A model generated the notes under the pieces. That model made no database searches. It was given only the letters and a program-made list of their open reading frames with translations, and was not told the origin of the DNA. The position numbers and the translations under genes are program-made. From positions 9,845 to 73,844 of the forward strand of contig JAPLHB010000190.1 in NCBI GenBank assembly GCA_026389845.1: a stretch of 64,000 bases of DNA, read 5' to 3'. Within the stretch, counting starts at the first letter, position 1, and every line of letters starts with the position of its first letter. The DNA comes from Chloroflexota bacterium. GTDB lineage: Bacteria; Chloroflexota; Anaerolineae; CG2-30-64-16. Below are positions 29,175 to 36,741 of the stretch, piece by piece.

Positions 29175-30275
29175 ATGCAGATTCGCAGGGTCATTCTTAA
29201 ACAAGTTCGCAACTTTCGCGATTTCGACCGCTCCTTCGAGGACGGTTGGACCGGCCGCGTGCCTGACGCGCTGCTGCTGATGGGTTCAAACGGCAGCGGC
29301 AAAAGCACGCTGTTGGACGCGATGGCAGCCCTCTGGCAGGGCCTGGCAGACTCGCTGCATGGGGGAAATCCCCTGACCGATGCCGTAGGGTCGCGCCTTT
29401 TGCAGTCGGCGGACCTGGCTGCAATGGAAGTGATAGGATTCGAGCAAGAGTCACTATGGATTTATGCGGGCAGACAGGATCCCGCCCGGGAATTCGCGGC
29501 CGCCCATGCCAACGCGCACCGGTTTGGGTTGCAGTACCATTATTTCCTTTCCCCGGAAGAGTTGCGCGGCACGCACATCAGCGGCGTCTACACGCCGCCC
29601 GGACTCCCGGAGCGAGATAGCGAGGGTGGACGAAAGCAGGCCGCGATCTGGACCGAACGACTGACCGACCGACTGACCGAGAACCAACTCGGAAAGCGGG
29701 CCGATCTGCCGAACCTCGTGTACCTGGCCAGTGAAAACCGGCTGTTGCTTCCGTTGACCGAGAAATTCAGTGTCCAACCGGAGCCGGAGGAGTACCAGTG
29801 GCTGGCCCGCTACGAGCCGGTCGCCAGCCGCCGAGGTAGTCTGCAGAACTACCTCTACAACTTGAAGGTCGTGGATGAGGTCAGGTTCAACGAGATCGCG
29901 TCACAGTTCAGTGCGTTCCTGGTCGGCAAACGGCTGAATGGCTTCGACCGGCGCACCGGCAACCTGTTGGTGCAGGTTGGCAACGGAGAAAGCCACCCGA
30001 TCGAGGAACTGAGTAGCGGCGAGAAGCAAGTGCTCCTGATGCTGGCAACGATCACCCGCTGGCTGTGGCCCGGCGGCATCGCGTTGGTTGACGAGCCGGA
30101 CCTTCATCTGCACGTCTCGTTGGCGAGGGCGTTCGTCAGCCACCTGCGGCGGATGGTAGAGGAGAAAGGTGGCCAACTCATCATTGCTTCCCACATGCCG
30201 GAACTTTGGGAGGAATTCACCGACTCTCACCGGGTGCGGCTGAACGCATCCGATGAAAAGGGGCAGACCAAGTGA
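29175..30275 (+). CDS. AAA15/ABC-type ATPase, PARIS AriA-like
   Basis: Walker A GSNGSGKST, ABC signature-like LSSGEKQ, Walker B IALVDEPDLHLH; 366 aa; immediately followed by a DUF4435/Toprim gene with a 4-bp overlap. Strong RBS AAGGAAGGAGG. Confidence 0.55.
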   Translation: MQIRRVILKQVRNFRDFDRSFEDGWTGRVPDALLLMGSNGSGKSTLLDAMAALWQGLADSLHGGNPLTDAVGSRLLQSADLAAMEVIGFEQESLWIYAGRQDPAREFAAAHANAHRFGLQYHYFLSPEELRGTHISGVYTPPGLPERDSEGGRKQAAIWTERLTDRLTENQLGKRADLPNLVYLASENRLLLPLTEKFSVQPEPEEYQWLARYEPVASRRGSLQNYLYNLKVVDEVRFNEIASQFSAFLVGKRLNGFDRRTGNLLVQVGNGESHPIEELSSGEKQVLLMLATITRWLWPGGIALVDEPDLHLHVSLARAFVSHLRRMVEEKGGQLIIASHMPELWEEFTDSHRVRLNASDEKGQTK

Positions 30276-31096
30276 GCCAGACACCACGGTGGGTCAGAGA
30301 TATTGAGAGTCTGGCTCGTGGCCTTCCCGTTCTGTTGGTCGAAGGCGAGGACGACGTCACCCTGCTCGGGTATTTTCTGGGCCAGCACGCTCCCGGCTGG
30401 CAGCAGCGCCTCTACCTGGCGGCGGCAAACGGCAAGGGCCACGTCGTTAGCGGCGTGGCCGTCCACCGTCCTGACTGGATCGGAATTGTGGATCGCGATG
30501 AATGGAGCCCAGCCGACGTCCAAGCGGCCGCGGCACGCTCTCCGCGACTGCACGTCCTGCCGCGCTTCTGCACCGAATCCTACTTCTGCGATCCGGCCGA
30601 GCTTTGGGCCGCCCTCCCGGCGCAACAGCAGGCACGCGCGGGGGATAACCTCCTTGCGCTGGCCGGGCCGATTCACGCCAAACTTCCCGACTGGGTGGCA
30701 CACGGCGCGATGTGGCGCGTCCTGCGCGACCTCTACAAGGAGGCGCGGCTGCCGGCCAAGCTAGAGGATAGTCCGGTGACCGACGAAGCGACCATCCGTA
30801 GCATTCTCACCGACTGGCACGCCCGCCTTGCTCCCGACCCGGTCTTGGCGCACTATCGCAATGAATTGGGCAACGCCCAAACACTCGCTGCGGCGGCACA
30901 ACTGCACGAATACATCCACGGCAAGAAGTTTTTCAACCAAGTCGTGGTCCAGGTGTTGGATGGGTTGTTCGCCGGTAAGGGCGCCGACGACTGGTTACAA
31001 AAGTTGCGCGATGCCCCGATCCTGTCGCCGCCCGATTTGGTTGCGCTGTTCGATCAAATCCTGGCCCAGTTGCCCAGACAGGCCCCTCATGAGTGA
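30272..31096 (+). CDS. DUF4435 (OLD-family Toprim) protein, PARIS AriB-like
   Basis: Toprim catalytic motifs VLLVEGEDD (Glu) and GIVDRDEW (DxD); 274 aa; coupled to the upstream ATPase. Confidence 0.55.
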   Translation: MSQTPRWVRDIESLARGLPVLLVEGEDDVTLLGYFLGQHAPGWQQRLYLAAANGKGHVVSGVAVHRPDWIGIVDRDEWSPADVQAAAARSPRLHVLPRFCTESYFCDPAELWAALPAQQQARAGDNLLALAGPIHAKLPDWVAHGAMWRVLRDLYKEARLPAKLEDSPVTDEATIRSILTDWHARLAPDPVLAHYRNELGNAQTLAAAAQLHEYIHGKKFFNQVVVQVLDGLFAGKGADDWLQKLRDAPILSPPDLVALFDQILAQLPRQAPHE

Positions 31097-31568
31097 GCCA
31101 ATTGCGTTTCTCGAAGCGCTGGTTGCCGCGCTGCAACGCGCCGGCAGCTATAACAAAAACGACCAGTGCCCACCGGCGGCCATCCTCTGGCCCGATAAGG
31201 AGCGGCAGTGGGAACCTTTGTTGCCGGTGCTGCGTGAGCGGCTGCCGCTGCTGACCCTCGGCTCTTACGCACCAACTCAACGCACTGGCCCGGCCTATTG
31301 GCTGCGCTGCATGATCGCGCGAACCCTGCCCTACGACATCTACGTGCGCTGGAAGCCGCTCCAGCAGCAGCCCATCGGCTGGGCGCCGGATCTCAACGAT
31401 GGGGTGCGGCTCAATATCCGGCCGTTCGTGACCGCCGGCGTGCTGCGCAGTCGGTTCACGATCAATTGGAAGGTGGATCGGGGGACGAACCCGGATGGGA
31501 GCGCGCGGGTGAATGATCGGCACCTGACGCGCAGCGAGAAACAGGCCGTGCGCCGGTCATACCCATAG
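31089..31568 (+). pseudogene. chimeric remnant: pglZ 5' end (~80 codons) fused in frame to pglX 3' end (~78 codons)
   Basis: MSEPIAFLEALVAALQRAGSYNKNDQCPPAAILWPDKERQWEPLLP...MIARTLP is near-identical to the PglZ N-terminus (34294-). The following YDIYVRWKPLQQQPIGWAPDLNDGVRLNIRPFVTAGVLRSRFTINWKVDRGTNPDG... is near-identical to the PglX C-terminus (28850-29084). Confidence 0.65.
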
Positions 31569-31690
31569 GCATGACTTGACGGCTGGTCTGGCGTAAGTTT
31601 TGCGCAATCACAGGCTGAATCGCTTGCGGGCTGACAAAGTCAGCATTTGGTATCGCCGTCATAAGTACCTAAACTCAAGGAGGTAGGATC

Positions 31691-33718
31691 ATGATCATGG
31701 TGATCGGAATAGCTCTGCTCATCGTCGTGTTGGTGGTGCTGGCGTTGCTCGCCTTGTCGGGCATCCGCTTCATCCCCAACAACCGCGTTGGCATCGTCGA
31801 GAAGCGCTTCGGCGCCAAGTCCGTCGAGACCGGCTTTATCGCACTCAAGGGAGAGGCTGGCTTCCAACCCAAGCTGCTGCGCGGGGGCCTGCACTACCTG
31901 ATGCCGATCCAGTATCTCGTCCACCGTTCGCCCCTGGTGACCATCACCCAGGGCAAGATCGGCTACGTCTTTGCGCGCGACGGGCATCCGCTGGTGCCGA
32001 TGCAGGTGCTGGCTTCGAACGTCACCGCCAATGACTTTCAGGATGTGGCCGCGTTCCTGCAAGACGGCGGCCAGCGCGGGCCACAGCGTCAGATCCTGCG
32101 CGAAGGCACCTACGCCATCAACCTGGCGCAGTTTATCGTCATCACCGAGGAGAAGGTCTACTACCTGCCGCTCAACCGCGCCGAAGAAGGGGTCATACAG
32201 GATATGGCCAAGGTGATCGCCGAGCGTGACGGCTTTCGGCCGGTAGTGCTCAAGGATCAGGACGACAAGACCGGCATTGTGACGATCCACGACGGACCCT
32301 CGTTGCCGCCGGACGAGATCATCGCGCCCATCGTGGGCGGCGACCCAACCAACGTGGAGACGTACCACAATAACTTCCAGGCGCCTGACCGGTTCCTGAA
32401 GGCCGGCGGCCTGCGAGGGCGCCAGTTGCAGGTCTTGGTCGAAGGCACCTACTATCTCAACCGGCTGTTTGCCACGGTGGAGATGATCCCCAAGACCATC
32501 ATCGAAATCGGGACCGTCGGCGTGGTGGTTTTCTACACCGGCGAGGCCGGCCGTGACCTGTCGGGCGAGGACTATCGGCATGGTGAGTTGGTGGCGAGAG
32601 GCCATCGCGGCGTGTGGGACGCGCCGCTCATGCCGGGCAAGTACGCGTTCAACACCTACGCCGGCAAGGTCGTGGCGGTCCCCACTACCAACGTCATCCT
32701 GAAGTGGATCCGAGGCCAGGTCGGCTCGCACCACTTCGACGAGAACCTGGCGGAGATCTCGTTGATCACCAAGGACGCCTTCGAGCCGTCGCTGCCGCTG
32801 TCGGTGGTCATGCACATTGACTACCGCAAGGCTCCCCTGGTGGTCCAGCGCTTCGGCGACGTGAAACGGCTGGTCGAGCAGACCCTCGACCCCATGGTGT
32901 CGGCCTACTTTAAGAACATCGGCCAGACGCGCACGCTGATCCAGCTCATCCAGGAGCGCGGCAACATCCAGCAGATTTCGAGTCAGGAGATGAAGGAAAG
33001 GTTCACGCACTATAACCTGGAGCTGGAAGAGGTGCTGATCGGCACGCCGGTCGCGATGGCCGAGGACAAACAGTTCGAGCTTATCCTGAACCAACTGCGC
33101 TCCCGGCAGATCGCCGTAGAGCAGATCGAGACCTATGGACGGCAGCAGATGGCGGCAGGGAAGGAACGGGAGCTGCGCGAGGCACAGGCGCGCGCTGATC
33201 AGCAGCGCAACATCACCGAATCGGAGCTGAGCATCACGGTGCAGAGCAACCAGGGCAAGGCCGAATACGCCCGGGCGCTGCAGCAGGCGGCGCAGATCCG
33301 CGCCCTGGCCGAAGCTGAGGCCGAAAAGACCGCCCGCGTCGGCATCGGTCAGGCCATCGCCATCGAGGAACAGGTGGCGGCCTATGGCGGCCCGCAGTTC
33401 CAGGTCACGCAGCAGGTGATGAACCGCTTTGCCGAAGCGGTGCAGCAGTCGAAAGTGGACGTGGTGCCGCGCGTGGTGATTGGCGGCGCCGGGGGCACTG
33501 CGACCAGCAGCGGCGTGATGGAAGGGCTGTTGACGCTCCTGCTATCCGACAAGCTAGGCCTGGAAGTGAGCGCCGCTCGGCAGCGAGAACCGAATCCGCA
33601 AGCGGACCAGTTGCGGGCTCAGATCCGCGAGGGCCTCAAGGAGAGCCGGCAGGGCACAGCCGGGCCAGTGCCGCCCGCCCCGGCCCCGGCTGGCCCGTCG
33701 GGGGCGAAGCCGGCTTAG
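31691..33718 (+). CDS. SPFH/band-7 (flotillin-like) membrane protein with long C-terminal coiled coil
   Basis: N-terminal TM helix, SPFH-like IRFIPNNRVGIVEKRFG region, Ala/Glu/Gln-rich coiled coil and C-terminal Pro/Ala tail; AAGGAGG RBS 8 nt upstream. Confidence 0.55.
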   Translation: MIMVIGIALLIVVLVVLALLALSGIRFIPNNRVGIVEKRFGAKSVETGFIALKGEAGFQPKLLRGGLHYLMPIQYLVHRSPLVTITQGKIGYVFARDGHPLVPMQVLASNVTANDFQDVAAFLQDGGQRGPQRQILREGTYAINLAQFIVITEEKVYYLPLNRAEEGVIQDMAKVIAERDGFRPVVLKDQDDKTGIVTIHDGPSLPPDEIIAPIVGGDPTNVETYHNNFQAPDRFLKAGGLRGRQLQVLVEGTYYLNRLFATVEMIPKTIIEIGTVGVVVFYTGEAGRDLSGEDYRHGELVARGHRGVWDAPLMPGKYAFNTYAGKVVAVPTTNVILKWIRGQVGSHHFDENLAEISLITKDAFEPSLPLSVVMHIDYRKAPLVVQRFGDVKRLVEQTLDPMVSAYFKNIGQTRTLIQLIQERGNIQQISSQEMKERFTHYNLELEEVLIGTPVAMAEDKQFELILNQLRSRQIAVEQIETYGRQQMAAGKERELREAQARADQQRNITESELSITVQSNQGKAEYARALQQAAQIRALAEAEAEKTARVGIGQAIAIEEQVAAYGGPQFQVTQQVMNRFAEAVQQSKVDVVPRVVIGGAGGTATSSGVMEGLLTLLLSDKLGLEVSAARQREPNPQADQLRAQIREGLKESRQGTAGPVPPAPAPAGPSGAKPA

Positions 33719-33828
33719 TGCCTATCCGAATAATAGCAGCGCGGGCTCCCATGCCCGCAACCGGCGGCGGGCGAAAGTACAGCCGATGTCTGGGAGCCGC
33801 CTCCGCTGGTTATTCGGATAGGCTGAGC

Positions 33829-34024
33829 TATACTCGGCACGGTCACAAAATGCGCTTGTAGGCGGCTGTCATTCTGAGCGGGTCTACCCCTGACTTCTCG
33901 TGACGGCGAGCATCCAGCGAAGAATCCGTCCCGCGACGAGACCCCTTCGACTGCGCTCAGGGCAGGCTCTTCGCTGGATTTTCACCGCGACGCACTTCAC
34001 GGGACCAACCCGCTCAGGGTGACA
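33829..34024. repeat. MITE-like repeat, copy A (inverted termini TGTCATTCTGAGCGGGT / ACCCGCTCAGGGTGACA)
   Basis: Shares >85% identity in blocks with copies at 34076-34241, 43091-43308, 46622-46755 and 49619-49768. Internal palindromes ATCCAGCGAAGAATC / CTTCGCTGG and CTTCGACTGCGCTCAGG. Confidence 0.6.
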
Positions 34025-34075
34025 AAGCCAAGGTTTCAGCGCCGCGAAAAACGCAGTCTATGCCCGTGTGCAGTA

Positions 34076-34241
34076 TATACTCGGCACGGTCACAAAATGC
34101 GCTTGTAGGCGGCTGTCATTCTGAGCGGGTCTACCCCGTGTCGTGCGTGGCGGCGAGTCTCTAGCGAAGGGTCTTGTTGCAGTATGGAACGGATTCTTCG
34201 CTGGTTTCACGCCGCAACGAGGAGTCTGGGGCTAACCCGCT
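34076..34241. repeat. MITE-like repeat, copy B (short variant)
   Basis: Same 5' block ATACTCGGCACGGTCACAAAATGCGCTTGTAGGCGGC plus inverted termini TGTCATTCTGAGCGGGTCTACCCC ... GGGGCTAACCCGCTCAGAATGACA. Confidence 0.6.
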
Positions 34242-34293
34242 CAGAATGACAATTATTCACTCATGAAATAGCTGAACCGATCAGTGAGGCGCC

Positions 34294-36612
34294 ATGACTG
34301 ATAGCATGACCTTCCTTGATGCGCTGGCGCAAGCTATCTATCGCGCGGGCAGCTACAACAAGAATGACCAATGCCCGCCGGCCGCGATCCTCTGGCCCGA
34401 CAAGGAGCGCCAGTGGGAGCCGCTGCTGCCGGCGCTGCGCGAGCGGCTGCCGCTGCTGACTCTCGGCCCCTACGCGCCCCAAGAGCGCAGCGGCCCGGCC
34501 TGCTGGCTGCGCTGCATGATCGCGCGCACGTTGCCCGACGACATCCTGCCGGCCGACGCCGCCCCGATCATCTATCTGCCGGGGGTCAGCCGCGCCGAAA
34601 TCCGCGCCATCGAGGAGTGCCCCAAGCCGCTCCAGCCGCTCGCCGAGCTTCAGTACCGCGGCGTGCTGTGGACGCACAAGAACGGCCGCGACTGGACGGT
34701 CGCCGGCTTCTTGCAGAGTACCGACAGTGGCCTGGGCATCGCCGTCAGCGGCGACACAGCCACGAAGGAAGCGCTTGGTCGGGCGTTGCTCAAGCTGGCT
34801 TACGAACCGGTAGCTCGCCTGAAGAAGGAGGCGCCGCTCCGTGCGGCCTTCTTCGACGAATTGCTCAACCCGGATCAAGTACGACGTCTGTTGCTCTGGC
34901 TTAATGACCCCGATAGCTACCCAAAGACCCTGGCCCAGGCCGAGTGGTACGCATTTTGCGACCTCTGCAAGCGCACATACGGCCTTCACCCCGTGGACGA
35001 CGGCGCGCTGATCGCGGCGGAACGTCTCGGGACTTCGCAGGGCGCCTGGGAGATCGTCTGGGACCGCTTCAACGAGAATCTGGAGGGGTATCCCAACCTG
35101 CCGGAACTCCTGCGCCGGGCGCGGCCGGAACGATCTATCTTTGAAAAGAGCCTGCCCTACTGGCCGCAGGACACCGAAACGGCCGAGGGGGACTTGCGCG
35201 CGGCGCTGCTGGCGTTGGGCGATGCTTCACCGACCGGCGCGCGCGAGGGCATCGCGCAGCTTGAGGCCGAGCACGGCGCGCGCCGCGGCTGGATCTGGGC
35301 CAGGCTGGGCCGGGCTCCACTCGCCGCCGCGCTGGCACATCTGGCGGCCCTGGCCCAGGCAACCGAGAAAACGCTCGGCGGCGCGACTGTGGCCGACGTA
35401 GCCGCGGCTTACACTGGAGGGGGCTGGCAGGCAGATGCCGCCGTGTTGGATGCGTTGGCCGCGGTTGAGGCCGCGGAGGACGTGGCAGCAGTGAAGGCCG
35501 CGCTCCTGCCGCTCTACCGCCCGTGGCTGGAAAAAGCAGCGGCGGCGCTCCAGGCCGCCATCCTCGGCAACCCGGTAGCGAACTATGGGACGACGACGCC
35601 ACCGGCAGCCGATGCGGGCACGTGCATCTTGTTCAGCGATGCCTTGCGTTTCGATGCCGGCATGAGGCTGGTGGCCGCGCTGGAGCGCCGGGGCCTGTCA
35701 TGTACCACCGGGTGGCGCCTGGCCGCCCTGCCAACCGTCACGCCGACAGCCAAGCCCGCGGTTTCGCCTGTCGCTGAACTGATGATTGGCAGCAGCGAGC
35801 CGAGCCTGACCCCGGTGGTCAAAGCGACCGGCGCGAGCAGTACGGTTGCCACCTTGCGCAAGCTGCTCGAAGGGGCCGGCTACCAGATCCTGACCGGGGA
35901 TGCCCTCGGCGATCCGAGCGGGATGGCGTGGACCGAGTTGGGCGCGATAGACCAGTACGGCCACGAGCACGGTTGGGAGGTGGCGCATCATCTGCCGGGC
36001 GAGCTGCGCAACCTCGAAAGACGGATCGACGCGCTGCTGAGCCACGGCTGGCAGCAGGTGATGGTCCTCACCGACCACGGCTGGCTCCTGCTCCCCGGCG
36101 GCCTGCCGAAGATCGAGCTGAAAGAGCATCTGACCGTGCTCCGCAAGGGCCGCTGCGCCGCGCTCAAAGAGGGCGCGCAGACCGATCAGCACACGATCCC
36201 GTGGCATTGGGACAAGAACGTGCGTATCGCCGTAGCGTCGGGCATCGCCTGTTACGAGGCCGGCAAAGAGTACGAGCACGGCGGCATCAGCCCGCAAGAG
36301 TGCGTCGTGCCGGTCATCGCGGTCTCAAGGCCGGTTGCCACCATCGCCCAAGAGACCCAAATCACCGGCGTCACCTGGAAGGGGCTGCGCTGCTCGGTCT
36401 CAGTGAGTGGGGCGGGTGCGGGCATGACCGCCGACATCCGCACCAAGGCGGGCAACGCGGCCACGTCGCTCACCACGCCGCGACCCGTCGAGACCGGCGC
36501 CGCGTCACTGTTGGTCGAGGATGACGACCAACTGGGCGCGGCTGCGTTCGTCGTGGTCCTTGCAGCAGATGGGTCGCTCGTGGCACAAACACAGACCACG
36601 ATTAGCGGATAA
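34294..36612 (+). CDS. pglZ: BREX-1 alkaline-phosphatase-superfamily protein PglZ
   Basis: 772 aa, PglZ-type phosphatase domain (TDHGW, QYGHEHG metal-binding segments); canonical position before brxL. Confidence 0.85.
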   Translation: MTDSMTFLDALAQAIYRAGSYNKNDQCPPAAILWPDKERQWEPLLPALRERLPLLTLGPYAPQERSGPACWLRCMIARTLPDDILPADAAPIIYLPGVSRAEIRAIEECPKPLQPLAELQYRGVLWTHKNGRDWTVAGFLQSTDSGLGIAVSGDTATKEALGRALLKLAYEPVARLKKEAPLRAAFFDELLNPDQVRRLLLWLNDPDSYPKTLAQAEWYAFCDLCKRTYGLHPVDDGALIAAERLGTSQGAWEIVWDRFNENLEGYPNLPELLRRARPERSIFEKSLPYWPQDTETAEGDLRAALLALGDASPTGAREGIAQLEAEHGARRGWIWARLGRAPLAAALAHLAALAQATEKTLGGATVADVAAAYTGGGWQADAAVLDALAAVEAAEDVAAVKAALLPLYRPWLEKAAAALQAAILGNPVANYGTTTPPAADAGTCILFSDALRFDAGMRLVAALERRGLSCTTGWRLAALPTVTPTAKPAVSPVAELMIGSSEPSLTPVVKATGASSTVATLRKLLEGAGYQILTGDALGDPSGMAWTELGAIDQYGHEHGWEVAHHLPGELRNLERRIDALLSHGWQQVMVLTDHGWLLLPGGLPKIELKEHLTVLRKGRCAALKEGAQTDQHTIPWHWDKNVRIAVASGIACYEAGKEYEHGGISPQECVVPVIAVSRPVATIAQETQITGVTWKGLRCSVSVSGAGAGMTADIRTKAGNAATSLTTPRPVETGAASLLVEDDDQLGAAAFVVVLAADGSLVAQTQTTISG

Positions 36613-36741
36613 GTGTAGGGCAATTTGCCAAATTGCCCTACAGAACCGACCGGAATAGAGCCTTCAGGCGGTCTGGCGAGCGCACGAACCGGCTGAAGCC
36701 TTGAATCCAGAGCAGCGGGGAGCGATTTTCAGGACGGTAAG

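Noticed and set aside
27801-29204. 467-aa minus-strand ORF inside pglX
   Set aside because: Antisense to pglX; no motifs.
30828-31088. 5' extension of the track ORF 30828-31568
   Set aside because: The upstream 87 codons are the out-of-frame shadow of the DUF4435 gene. The meaningful reading (pglZ-like) starts at ATG 31089.
31640-33094. 484-aa minus-strand ORF
   Set aside because: Antisense to the SPFH gene, which has RBS, TM helix and coiled-coil features on the plus strand.
34261-34989. 242-aa minus-strand ORF spanning the MITE copy and the pglZ 5' end
   Set aside because: Antisense to pglZ; begins inside a repeat.
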